A DNA stretch of 64,000 bases from a virus. This document shows positions 1 through 11,200 of this stretch, in pieces. The stretch lies in IMG/VR virus record IMGVR_UViG_3300025012_000066, positions 11,470-75,469 of that record; one strand, given 5' to 3'. Made by a program: the position numbers and the translations under genes. Numbering within the stretch: position 1 is the first letter of the stretch; every line of letters begins with the position of its first letter. The notes beneath the pieces were generated by a model that ran no database searches, had not been told where the DNA came from, and saw only the letters and a list, made by a program, of their open reading frames with translations.

Positions 1-525
1 AATAACGGTAGTTCTAGTTCATCCTCTAGCTCCGGAAGTAGTTCTACAAGTTCATCTAGTGGAAATTATGTTACATGGAACAACGGTTCTTCTGGGTGGA
101 ATGCACATGATTCTAGTGGTAACATAATTGCGTCAGGAGTAGCTAATCCACCTAAATATGCTGAAGGAGGAGAAACTCAATCAACTGGTATGCATTATTT
201 AGATGGTAAAGTAGGAAAACCAGAAAGAGTATTATCTCCGGTTCAAACTACAAGCTTTAACCAACTCGTAAAAGATTTACCTTCGCTCACTACTGTCATG
301 GATAATTTAATGAAAAATAACCTACTGATGAATAACTTTAAACAACCCCAAATTGACTTTTCAAATTTTAAACCGAGATCATCCGAAACTCATGTCAGTG
401 TGCCAACTACAATAAATTTTAATGTTACAGGAAAAGATTTTACGACAAGAGATTTGGATAAGATTAGTGGGCATATAGCTCATAGAACTATCACCAATTT
501 AAAAAGAGTAGGAGTTAATATTTAA
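1..525 (+). CDS. Tape measure protein, C-terminal part (5' truncated by window)
   Basis: Frame is open from base 1: Ser/Gly-rich stretch, then KYAEGG...HYLDGKVGKPERVLSP, typical of siphophage TMP C-termini; lies directly before a Dit-like gene. Confidence 0.8.
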   Translation, partial: NNGSSSSSSSSGSSSTSSSSGNYVTWNNGSSGWNAHDSSGNIIASGVANPPKYAEGGETQSTGMHYLDGKVGKPERVLSPVQTTSFNQLVKDLPSLTTVMDNLMKNNLLMNNFKQPQIDFSNFKPRSSETHVSVPTTINFNVTGKDFTTRDLDKISGHIAHRTITNLKRVGVNI

Positions 526-595
526 TAAATCAAGAAAATAAGATGTGCATTGAACTACACATCTTATTTTCTATAAAAAGGTAGGTGAATAATTA

Positions 596-1372
596 ATGTC
601 AATATCAGAATCATTATTTTTTATTTATGATAATGTAAACTTTTATGAACAATTTGGAATTATAAATGTCCATGTTGATTCAGGGTTATATGATGAAAGT
701 TTTCTATCAAATAGAACCATAATTGAACAAAAAATAAGAAAAAATCCAGTTCCATATTTTCAAGAAATTCAAGAAGATACATTAGAGTTAAAATTATCAT
801 TTGCTTTTTCTGATAAATTTGATGAAGAGAAAATTCGTGAAGTGGCAAGAAGTCTAAAAAAAGATTTTTATGCTCCTTTGATTTTTTCAGAGAATCCAGA
901 CCGTATCTTTTTCGCATTATGTACTGACAATCCAAGATTAATACACACTGGATTGGGAACTGGCTATATAAATTTGAATTTCAGATGCAACGCTCCTTGG
1001 AGTTTTAGTCCAATTTACTCTTCTCCTATTTATGATTACTCCTCTAATTCTGTTGAAGGAACTCAATTGAAATTTATAAACAATGGTGATCTTCCATTGT
1101 CACCTCTCATTAATGTAGAAATCGTTAGTGGGACATCTTTTTCAATTCAAAACTTATCTGATGGTGGAAAATTAATGTCATTCACAGATTTAGAAGTTGG
1201 TGAAATTTTAGAAATAAATTGTGAATCTGAAGATATTAAAACCAATATTCCGTTAATTTATAGATATGATTCTATATCAGGAGATTTTCTGAGTTTGAAT
1301 AGAGGAATTTCAAATTTGTTGGTTAAAGGTAATATAAAACTACAATTCCAATATGAACATAGAATTCTCTAG
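596..1372 (+). CDS. Distal tail (Dit)-like protein
   Basis: 258 aa, follows TMP; PLIFSENPDRIFFA, GYINLNFRCNAPWSFS, NNGD and LNRGISNL motifs of Sipho_tail/YomH-like proteins. Confidence 0.8.
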   Translation: MSISESLFFIYDNVNFYEQFGIINVHVDSGLYDESFLSNRTIIEQKIRKNPVPYFQEIQEDTLELKLSFAFSDKFDEEKIREVARSLKKDFYAPLIFSENPDRIFFALCTDNPRLIHTGLGTGYINLNFRCNAPWSFSPIYSSPIYDYSSNSVEGTQLKFINNGDLPLSPLINVEIVSGTSFSIQNLSDGGKLMSFTDLEVGEILEINCESEDIKTNIPLIYRYDSISGDFLSLNRGISNLLVKGNIKLQFQYEHRIL

Positions 1373-1415
1373 TTTTAGTCATAATTCTGAAGTTATTAAT
1401 GAAAGGAAATAAAAT

Positions 1416-4400
1416 ATGTTGCAACAAATCGATTTGTCAAATACTACTCAAACGCCTAAAATACAAATATGTAAACCAAATAAAACAATTATAGGCAATA
1501 TTAAAGAATCATACAATATAAATCTAAAACAAAAAATAATTGGTACATCTGAACTAAACTTTAATATACCATATCTTATAGAAAAAAATCATCAATTAAT
1601 AGGCAATCCTCATATATCTCAATTGAAAAATAGATACTTAATTAAATTTACTTTAGGAGAATTTGTAGAGTGGTTTATTATTAACAATCCATCAAATAAT
1701 TCAGATGATAGTTCAGATTTTTTATCTATTCAAGCATTCTCTCTTGAATATGAATTAAGCGATAGATATATTCGCAATTATCATCCAACATCTATTATAC
1801 TTTCAGATGTGATTAACATTGCACTAATAGATACATCTTGGACAATAAGCAGTGTTCCCAATGGTTTTGATACTGTTTATAGAGCATTTGATGTTTCGTC
1901 TACTTCTGTATTGTCATTTATTTTAGAAGTGGCAGAGAAATTTAATTTAATTGCAAAATTTAATACATCCCTTAGACAAATTGACTTTTATAAAAAGGAT
2001 AATTTGGGACAAAATAAAGGATTGACTGCTAATGAGAGAAAATATTTAAAATCTATTAGTGATGGAATAGACAATACTAAATTCTGTACAAGATTAAAAG
2101 TTTTTGGCAAAGACGATTTAACAATAAATAGAGTAAACCCTACGGGTCAGAATTATGTAGAAGATTATACATATTTTATGCTACCATTCACAAGAGATGT
2201 AAATAAAGTTACTATAACTCATTCAGATTATTTGTCTGACGAATTATGTCAAGCCGAATTGGATTTTATAGATTTAATATCATCTAAATTAACAGATTAT
2301 AATTATTTGCTCTCACAATTAACACCATTACAAGAATTATTAACAACCAAACAAAATGAATTAGATGAATTAAATATAACGTTAAAGAATAATAATTATA
2401 ATATACAATTATCAGTCGCGGAAGTTACAGATTTGACAGTATTGTTGGCAGAGCAAACCAATGTAAAAAATGCAATAACTTCCAAAGAAGCGGAAATAAT
2501 TGTTGTAGGAATAGATATTTATGCAATACAATCTCAAATTACTGCATTACAATCTTTATTGTCTTTATCAAACAATTTCTCTTCATCTTTATTAGCAGAA
2601 AGAAATCGATTTATTATAGAAAAAGAAATTACAGATAGTGCATATATTGATGATGTAGACTTATATGGTTTTGCAAAGGATAAATTAGATGAAATGTGCA
2701 TCCCTCCAATTTCCCTACAGATTAATATTGTAAATTTTCTAGAATGCATAACGGAACAGCATAACTGGGGGAAAATTGTTTTAGGAGATACTGTCAACGT
2801 AAAACATAGTTTACTTAATGTCAATGTAACTGCCCAAATAACTGAAACAAATTTTAATTTTGAAAGTAGGGACATAGATTTAACAATATCCAATATAGTT
2901 AAGATTGAAAATGAAGATGAGAAATTATCGAGATTAATTAATAAAGCATCTTATGTTGGAAATATAGTAGATATCAATAAACCTGAATGGGATAATGCTT
3001 TGTCTAATTCTCAAAAATACACAGACTTGCAAGCACAAGATATTAATAAATCATTAATTAATTTGGCTGTGAATGCAAATATAATTTCTCAAGATGGGTA
3101 CATTACATTAATTGAGTCAAATACTTTAAAAACGTCATTAGATCAGTTATTGTCTGAGTCAATTGAATTTTTAAGTGTAGATTATTTAGATATTGCTACA
3201 GAGAAAACGAATTATCAAAATGCTTTAGACGTATTGCAAATAGAATTAGATAATTGGATTGGGAAAAGTAGTTATCCTATCTTTATTACTTTAGCACAAA
3301 AAACCATATTAACAACTAAATTTGAAAATGTTCAAAGTACAAAATCAATTTTAATTAATAAAATAAGCATTGTTAGGGAGAATAATGCAAAATTTTATTC
3401 GACAAGTCAATTGAATAATTTTATTAGTGAAACTTATGATCTTGATTTAACAGGGATTCAAACTCAAATAGATGGAAAAATAGAATCGTATTTTACGGAT
3501 ACAGACCCCAATACTTGGTTGGAAACAGATAGAACAAAGCATAATGGAGATATGTGGTACAGTGCTTCGACCAAATTATTAAAACGATATAATGGAACAA
3601 CGAATTTGTGGGCGTTAATTGAAGATCAAAAAGCCATTGACGCTTATACAAGTGCTTCAACGGCACAAGATACGGCAGATTCTAAACGTAGAGTATTTAT
3701 TGCAACTCCTACAGTCCCTTATGATATTGGCGACTTATGGAGAATTGAAGGTCAACCAGATTTCAAAATATGTATTGTTAGTAAATTAATATCTGAAACT
3801 TATGTTAGTACAGATTGGATTATAGCTACAGATACAGAAGGGTTTATTAATGCACAAATTTTAGATGTAGAAACATCTCTTGGTAGTTTAAAAGCAAATA
3901 TAGATGATTTTTCAAGTGATTCTATATTAACATTATCTGAAGCGAATTCATTGAAGATATCTTTAAGTCAAGTTAATTCTGAAAGTGCAGACTTGATTAT
4001 TATTGCTGATAAATTATTAATTACAACAGAGAAATACAATTATCAAACTGCATTAAATAATTTACAATCAGAATTAAATAGTTGGATTACCGTTCCTAAT
4101 GGAAACTACACGGGGACATATCCGATTGTCATAACGCCAACTAATAGAACAAACATTCAAACAAAATTTCAAGATGTTCAAAATAAAAAATCGATATTAA
4201 TAAATATTATAGGGGAGGTAAGAAATACAAATGCAACATTTTGGGGAATTGAATCTGGTGGTGCAATATCTGTAATGAATCTTACTCCTTTAGATTATGA
4301 ACCTAAATCTCAATTTACAGGATATAGCACAGGAGTAATACCAAATACTATTTCAGTTGCAAGTACAGCAAATTTTCCTAGCTCTGGAATTATATACTAT

Positions 4401-5861
4401 ACTGTCCATGTCAATGAAGGGGGTATAATTAAAGATTATATACTTCCACAAGTTTATACGTCAAAAGATGACATTAATAATAAATTTTATTTAAATGATC
4501 CACCAACTTACTCTATAAATTCATATCCTCCGGGTGGTGGTATGATTTATACATTCCCATATCAGCCACAAACTACGGTTTATGAAGTTTCCCTCGATTA
4601 TAAGGACATATGGGTTGCAAGCACAAGTGGGTTTCCTGATTCTGGTATTCTATATAGTTATAACAATAATAAAATAATACAACAACCTTATATTTCTAAA
4701 GATGCAAATGCTTTTTATTGTGATGCAATGAATGAAGAAATGGTTAGTGATGAAGTTACCTATGTTGGTCTTTATCAAAATCCTGTTACTGTTGATATTA
4801 GTGTTGGGGAAATAATTGCAGTTAATAATAAGAATGTAAGGATGGTTGTTCCTGCAAAAACATGGACAAATTACCCGATATATTTATCACATACAGGATG
4901 CAGAGATTCAAGAAGAATGGATGTTGGTTGGATATATGTATATATCTATATAGATCAAAACAGTGAATTACAAATTGCTAATTATGATACTATTAATGGT
5001 GTAGTTTTATTTCCACCACAATTGAACATTTATAATCCATCTCCCTATATTTGGCAAACACCAGTAAGTAGTTATTCAATGATTGCTATAACCTATCCTA
5101 ATCCTTCTCAATTATGGGGAGTAATGTGTAATGATACAAATAGAAGATATATTTATGTTAATTCTACTTGGTATTTCTATGACACATACTCTTCCAATGA
5201 TATTTTAGTTGGTTATTTAATGTGTGGTTTTGGAAAAACAGAACCAAGTGGGATATATAGTTTTGGTAATTTTGACACTAATACGGACAATACTCCAGTT
5301 TGGAAAGCAATTGTAAAACAAGACTTTCGCTATAGAAATGATAAGTTAATTCAATATGATTTAAGTGGAAATGGAGTTAATTTATCAACATATGGTACTG
5401 ATATGATATCAATGATATTGACAGGGGCGAACAGTAGTGTTCAATCAATATATAATACTCATACAAAGTATATTCCATTAGGAATAAGTAAAAGAACATG
5501 TGATTTATCAATTACTTCTAATACTACAAAGACCGGAGCAGACATTTTGGTTCAGGGTGCTCATTTTAACGTTGGTAGAAAAGCTGCAGGTGGAGATAGT
5601 TATGGTATTAAAGTATTGTGGGGTATTTATGTAAATTCGGATGGAACCTCAGTCCATGTTGACCAAAAAAGAAATAGTGTAACATGGGGGGATTACGTAA
5701 TTCCACCTACTGCATTAAACACTATATATACAATAATTTGTGACCTTGATATTATGCCATATCCAAATAATCCAAATATAATGTGTTTAAAAGTTGTATT
5801 ATTTAATTATTCTAACGTAGATGAAACTGTTAATTTAAGATTGAATTGGTCTGCTAGTTAA
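1416..5861 (+). CDS. Tail-associated/tail spike protein (Tal, YomG-like) with internal repeats
   Basis: 1481 aa; N-terminal prophage tail endopeptidase-like region (TRLKVFGKDDLTI, NPTGQNYVEDYTYF, LGDTVNV), coiled coil, two ~100-aa repeats, variable C-terminus. Confidence 0.8.
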   Translation: MLQQIDLSNTTQTPKIQICKPNKTIIGNIKESYNINLKQKIIGTSELNFNIPYLIEKNHQLIGNPHISQLKNRYLIKFTLGEFVEWFIINNPSNNSDDSSDFLSIQAFSLEYELSDRYIRNYHPTSIILSDVINIALIDTSWTISSVPNGFDTVYRAFDVSSTSVLSFILEVAEKFNLIAKFNTSLRQIDFYKKDNLGQNKGLTANERKYLKSISDGIDNTKFCTRLKVFGKDDLTINRVNPTGQNYVEDYTYFMLPFTRDVNKVTITHSDYLSDELCQAELDFIDLISSKLTDYNYLLSQLTPLQELLTTKQNELDELNITLKNNNYNIQLSVAEVTDLTVLLAEQTNVKNAITSKEAEIIVVGIDIYAIQSQITALQSLLSLSNNFSSSLLAERNRFIIEKEITDSAYIDDVDLYGFAKDKLDEMCIPPISLQINIVNFLECITEQHNWGKIVLGDTVNVKHSLLNVNVTAQITETNFNFESRDIDLTISNIVKIENEDEKLSRLINKASYVGNIVDINKPEWDNALSNSQKYTDLQAQDINKSLINLAVNANIISQDGYITLIESNTLKTSLDQLLSESIEFLSVDYLDIATEKTNYQNALDVLQIELDNWIGKSSYPIFITLAQKTILTTKFENVQSTKSILINKISIVRENNAKFYSTSQLNNFISETYDLDLTGIQTQIDGKIESYFTDTDPNTWLETDRTKHNGDMWYSASTKLLKRYNGTTNLWALIEDQKAIDAYTSASTAQDTADSKRRVFIATPTVPYDIGDLWRIEGQPDFKICIVSKLISETYVSTDWIIATDTEGFINAQILDVETSLGSLKANIDDFSSDSILTLSEANSLKISLSQVNSESADLIIIADKLLITTEKYNYQTALNNLQSELNSWITVPNGNYTGTYPIVITPTNRTNIQTKFQDVQNKKSILINIIGEVRNTNATFWGIESGGAISVMNLTPLDYEPKSQFTGYSTGVIPNTISVASTANFPSSGIIYYTVHVNEGGIIKDYILPQVYTSKDDINNKFYLNDPPTYSINSYPPGGGMIYTFPYQPQTTVYEVSLDYKDIWVASTSGFPDSGILYSYNNNKIIQQPYISKDANAFYCDAMNEEMVSDEVTYVGLYQNPVTVDISVGEIIAVNNKNVRMVVPAKTWTNYPIYLSHTGCRDSRRMDVGWIYVYIYIDQNSELQIANYDTINGVVLFPPQLNIYNPSPYIWQTPVSSYSMIAITYPNPSQLWGVMCNDTNRRYIYVNSTWYFYDTYSSNDILVGYLMCGFGKTEPSGIYSFGNFDTNTDNTPVWKAIVKQDFRYRNDKLIQYDLSGNGVNLSTYGTDMISMILTGANSSVQSIYNTHTKYIPLGISKRTCDLSITSNTTKTGADILVQGAHFNVGRKAAGGDSYGIKVLWGIYVNSDGTSVHVDQKRNSVTWGDYVIPPTALNTIYTIICDLDIMPYPNNPNIMCLKVVLFNYSNVDETVNLRLNWSAS

Positions 5862-5883
5862 TTTTTAAATAAGGGGTGATGAT

Positions 5884-6012
5884 ATGTCGGATGAAAATTT
5901 AATTCCACAGAGAATTAGAGTAGCAATTACTTTTGATCAAGTGATTGCTACAAATGCAAATGAGCAAAACTTCTTGTTGATAGGAATCGATGAAGGTGAA
6001 AAAACAGAATGA
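5884..6012 (+). CDS. Small hypothetical protein (42 aa), not in ORF track
   Basis: RBS AAGGGGTGA before ATG; MSDENLIPQRIRVAITF... Confidence 0.45.
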   Translation: MSDENLIPQRIRVAITFDQVIATNANEQNFLLIGIDEGEKTE

Positions 6013-6138
6013 AACTAATTGGATGATATTCTGTTTACTATTTTAATGAAATAAGAACAGAAAGCATAATTGCCGAGGAGGAATTTAATTCTTCCTCTTT
6101 TGCTGTTCAAATAAACTTTTAAGGAAGGTGATTAATTA

Positions 6139-7020
6139 ATGGCTTTTTTCTCAGATTCAAATCCGTTATATACTTTAGAAAATCTAGAACCATATCCATC
6201 TACCACAGATTTATTACCCGTAGTAAGTGGTCGTACAATTTTGTTACAAATTCCAAATGAATTCCAAAAAGTTGTTGTTTCAGATCCATCTGCTCCCTTA
6301 GTTCAATATTTTGAAACGACTGGATTATTAACCCAATCAACTTTTTATAGAGTTGATTATAAAAATGGTGGAATTGTTTACTTAGATTCTTCTCAAAATG
6401 GTAAAACATTACAATTTAATTATTATAGTAAAGGTGTAATGGGGATTAGTTCTAGACGAGTTATCACAGATAATAATGCCGATCCTACTGAGACTTTGCA
6501 ATCTTTTATTGATGCAACAGGTCAAGATTTACAACAATTTAAAAATGATACAAATCAGACATACAGTGATTTTGTTGAATCAACAAATAATTCTTATGAT
6601 GATTATGTAAATACAACGGATTTAAGAATTCAATATACAGATTCAATAATGATTAGTAAATTTTCTGAGATAGATGTAAAAATTGCAGATACGGAAGTTG
6701 CTAGACAAAATGCAATTGTTGCAACGAGTGATGCAAATGTTGCAACAACTAATGCAAGCAATGCGACAACTTTAGCTAATACAGCATATACAACAACTTT
6801 AACAATTCCTAAAGTTCCAGTTGCTACATATTCACAAATTACAAGTGTTTATTCTAATCCATCTGTTGGGTGGGAAGTTGTAACCTTGGATACTGGTAAT
6901 AAGTATAGATATAGTGGCTCTGCTTGGATTGAAAATGGTAATGTTAATAGAGGTGGAATTTTGGTTGGATCAAGTCAACCTTCCGACAATTCTATAATCT
7001 GGATAGATATTAATAGTTAG
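6139..7020 (+). CDS. Minor tail/baseplate structural protein
   Basis: Position in tail module, Ala/Thr/Asn heptad region, YRYSGSAW and IWID fibre-type motifs. Confidence 0.6.
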   Translation: MAFFSDSNPLYTLENLEPYPSTTDLLPVVSGRTILLQIPNEFQKVVVSDPSAPLVQYFETTGLLTQSTFYRVDYKNGGIVYLDSSQNGKTLQFNYYSKGVMGISSRRVITDNNADPTETLQSFIDATGQDLQQFKNDTNQTYSDFVESTNNSYDDYVNTTDLRIQYTDSIMISKFSEIDVKIADTEVARQNAIVATSDANVATTNASNATTLANTAYTTTLTIPKVPVATYSQITSVYSNPSVGWEVVTLDTGNKYRYSGSAWIENGNVNRGGILVGSSQPSDNSIIWIDINS

Positions 7021-7111
7021 TAGTCAATAAATAATAATTATTAAATTACTTGATTTTAGAACGGATATATTTTTATCTGTTTATTTATTTTGTGTAAAAG
7101 GAGTTTTAAAA

Positions 7112-7279
7112 ATGAATATTTACAATTGCTTCTCACAGAAGTTGGCTGGATTTTTACTTACGAATGGATTTCCTATTATTGGAGTTAAATCTGATTTAAA
7201 GAAAACTGGTAGAAATATTTATTTGTTTCAAGATAGTGAATTGCTTAGAGCAATGATTAGTAAGTATAAAACAGTATAA
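7112..7279 (+). CDS. Small DUF5659-like protein (55 aa), not in ORF track
   Basis: RBS AAAGGAG; SQKLAGFLLTNGF...RNIYLF; paralog of 20420..20611. Confidence 0.7.
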   Translation: MNIYNCFSQKLAGFLLTNGFPIIGVKSDLKKTGRNIYLFQDSELLRAMISKYKTV

Positions 7280-7301
7280 AAAGAAAGAAGGTTGTATAAA
7301 T

Positions 7302-8147
7302 ATGCCATATATAAAATTTAAAATAGAAAAAACATATGAAGAATATCTAGAACTATTTAAAATTACTTGTGAAGAGTTAGGTAAAGCATTGACCGTAAAA
7401 GAATTAAGAAATAATAAAAACTTACCTTATGAGAACTATTTTATAAAATATTGTCCAAATAAAGATGTAAAGAAATATAATGATTTTCTAGAATGGATAG
7501 GTCTTAATCCTAACATTAAACTATCTATATACACTTATGAAATAGCATATGAAGAATTTGCGAAACGAGGATTTATTTTATTACCACAAGAATATAAAGA
7601 TTCTAAATCTCCTTTAACATATGTATGTCTTAAACATCCAAATATAATTCAAACGAAAACTCTGAATAATTTATTATTTGGCAAATATAGTGAAACTCAA
7701 ATGTGTTACCTTTGTTACAAAGAAAGCATAACTGGATCAGGAAGTCATTTTTGGAAAGGCGGTATCTCTTCTCTAAACGCCTACTTACGAGAATTTATAG
7801 ATGAATGGAAAAAGAAAAGTATGGCAAATTCTGGTTATAGATGTGTAATAACAGGTGGTAAATTTGATGTAATTCATCATCTTTACTCATTTAATAAAAT
7901 ATTACAAGAAGTGTTAACAGAATTAGACATACCAATTTATTCTATAATTAATAAATATACTACCGAAGAATTAGAACTACTAAAAATAAATATTGCGCGA
8001 AAACATGATGATTATCCTTTGGGAGTATGTTTATGTAAAAAGATACATAATTTATATCATCATATTTATGGCGACGATAATGCCCCTGAACAATTTGAAG
8101 AGTTTAAGAACAAATATAATAATGGCGAATTTGAAGAGGCAAGTTAA
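7302..8147 (+). CDS. Putative HNH homing endonuclease
   Basis: C-terminal CVITG..VIHHL...GVCLCKKIHNLYH HNH-like motif; free-standing within the tail operon. Confidence 0.7.
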   Translation: MPYIKFKIEKTYEEYLELFKITCEELGKALTVKELRNNKNLPYENYFIKYCPNKDVKKYNDFLEWIGLNPNIKLSIYTYEIAYEEFAKRGFILLPQEYKDSKSPLTYVCLKHPNIIQTKTLNNLLFGKYSETQMCYLCYKESITGSGSHFWKGGISSLNAYLREFIDEWKKKSMANSGYRCVITGGKFDVIHHLYSFNKILQEVLTELDIPIYSIINKYTTEELELLKINIARKHDDYPLGVCLCKKIHNLYHHIYGDDNAPEQFEEFKNKYNNGEFEEAS

Positions 8148-8200
8148 GTCTCTTTTTTAATTTAAAGATAAAATTCTTATAAAGGAGGAATATAAATAAA

Positions 8201-11200
8201 ATGTCTACGATGAAATATTTTGATATAGGTACACAAACTTGGCAAAGAGTTGATTCGGGAGCCATCAACGATGGAGTGGATAGAATAATTCCTAGTGATT
8301 TAAAATCATTTCATAGAAGTCAATTACATAGTGGATTTTTAAACTTTGGTAGCATAAGTGATTTTACACTTTCTATTTCGACTTTGAATGCAGTAAAAAT
8401 TAATCGTGATTTGTTTGTTAATTTAAATAGTTATTATGTTAAAATTCCTGTGAATACTTTAATTCAATTTTCGGCACCCCCCTCTTCAGGAATAAGAAAT
8501 GATTTGGCATATTTAAAAGCAACATTAGATTCTAAAGGATATTTAACAGGAGCGACTATTCAGGTTGCTGATAATGCAAATACATTAACTAACATAAGTT
8601 ATACATTAGATAGTGTTGATAAAGGTTTGTATAAAAACGGAAGTAATTTAGCAATAGAAATTTGCACTATTCCAAGGAGAAATTCTGGTTCATATTTACC
8701 TTCAAATCCTAATGGGGCAAAAAATTATTATGCTCTTGGTGCTTCTAACTCTATTACCACAACTTATACAGGATCTTCAGTAATAATTACAGTTCCTTCT
8801 ACTACAGGAATGCAAATTAATGACATCATAAAATCAGGAGCTAATATATTTTTAGTAACAGCAATTGGTTCTTCAACTCAGTTTACAGCAACTTATACAA
8901 CTCCTACGAGTAGTGTTTCAGGAGTTTTAAATTTAACTTTAGTTTCTGATAGGGTAGATGGTAATTATTCCAATGTAATTGATAGTAGAGATTTACAAAT
9001 CAATAATGATTTACGTCATAGAACACAATTTCAATATAATTTTGATTATGAAGTTAAACGTGGTTCGGACCAATTTATGAGAGGTGAATTAAGTCCTAAA
9101 AAGTTATTGAAGACGTATCATGGAATTCCAAAAACAGAAATAGATAACAACACTATATTCTACGCTAGTTTGGATGGGACGACTGTAGCTGAGGTTGGTG
9201 GAACGGATTTAAAAAATGTTACTGCAACTTTTAAGCCGTCTTTAGTTGGTTCTGGATTAGTTGTTTCTGGTTATTATAAAAGGATAGATGTTAGTACATT
9301 TAATCTAAACAGCGCTGGAACAATTGATCTTTTAGTAAGTCCTCTTGTTAATACAAGCAATGGTATATTTTCTTTAAGGGATGCTTCTGATAAATGTTTA
9401 TTGTCTTTGGTTATGGATACAGCTTCAACTAGATTATTTCTAGGTACTGGCAATGGAACAACTTATTATACAGACACCGTTTTAGGTGGCTCAACTTTTA
9501 AGTACACTACAATGCCCGAAATAGCTAAACAATCTATGATACCCCTAAGAGTTACTATGGCCTACTCTGGTTCAACGACTGTAATTAAATTATTAGTAAA
9601 TGGCAGTGTAAAATACACAATTACTTTTTCTGGTCAACTGCCTACCATTAAAGATTTAGTGTTTTTTAGCACTTCTGATATGCACAACAGTCAAAACTTT
9701 AGTGCTTATTATGCTAACGGGATTTTAGCAGACATCTCAATCTCCAACATCGACCGTGGCTCACTATTCCCCAATCTCCCTGCCGACTTCATATCAGGTG
9801 ACGCAGTAATCATGCCAGCCTACACCGACCAAAGACGCATTTTATCGGAGAGTCAGACGACACAAACTGTCAATTCTATTGTAAAAGCGACAAATTTGTT
9901 AAATAGTCGTGGTGTTTCTAGGGTAATAATTGGCACTCCTAATACTTGGAGTGCGAATGATACAGTGACAGTTACAGGTATGGCAGGAGAATTGATTTCT
10001 GGAGTTTATTCAAGTCCTTTAGCAACTGTGATTAAGGATGCTTTATCTACTGATACAGTTATTTATACTGATTCAGTTACAGGATTGGTCGCTGGTGATG
10101 AAGTTAAATTAGTTGATAGAGTTTTAGGTACAATTTTAGCAACAAAAACTATTGCTACAGATGGAGTAGATACTACTTTAAAGAAAGTAACATTTACAGC
10201 AACTATTGGAGTAGCATTAAGTAAATATCAAGTTGTAGTAATGGAGTCAACTGCTAGTTCAAGCGTTCCATTAGTCTACCACATGGTAGCAGGAGTAAAA
10301 ACGGCAGTAGTAGGAACATGGGCAACACTTAGTACAAATGTAGCAACATTTACATTGGGAACAAATGCAGGACTTGTAGCACAAGACATTCAAATTGATT
10401 ATTCTATGATTATGCCAGCAGGTCAACCTGCATTGAGTGTACCGACAACAACTACTTTAATGGGTGAAGCAGGGTTTAGATTACCTTATGCTAATCAAAC
10501 TATTACAAGTGATTATGCTAATAAGGTTAGTGGTAGGACATGGGAGAATCCGAATATTGCTAAGACATTAAGTGCGATTGTAGCAAATAATCCTGCTCCC
10601 ACAGATTTTACTACAGAATTGATTACTTCTGAATACGCAAAAATGTTTACATTAGATGGAATTTTAACTACATTTAGCACAAGTGTCAATGGTGATCAAG
10701 CAGTTAGAATTCATCAATTAAATACAATTAAAAATATTGAACGCAAATTAGGTAGTAAAATTCCTGCAAGTACGACTGCTTTAAAAGTGGCATGGATTAA
10801 ATCTAATGTAAGTAAATTAATTCCAAAACTCAATTGTTCAGGAAGTTCACCAACTGGCAATAAAGCCACGGTAGCAATTCGAGATAATAATAGCAATACT
10901 TGGACTGTTGGAGGTAATCATACTAATGCAGGGATTACATTAATTTCTTATGATATTACAAGTGCAAGCACAGTCACATTAGCAAATGCTATTGATGCTA
11001 ATGGAATATTGAATGTAATTTCGTATGGCGATGTATCAGATGGTGTGACTGCAAGTGTAATTAATAATGATTATGTGAGTTTGGATATTGTTTTTCAGAA
11101 TAAAATCGTGAATTTATTTGGTTTAGCGACAGGTCAAACCGTTGATGTAAGGGATGATTTTGTGGGGAAGGTTAGTGGGAGTGTAGTTGAGAATCCTAAT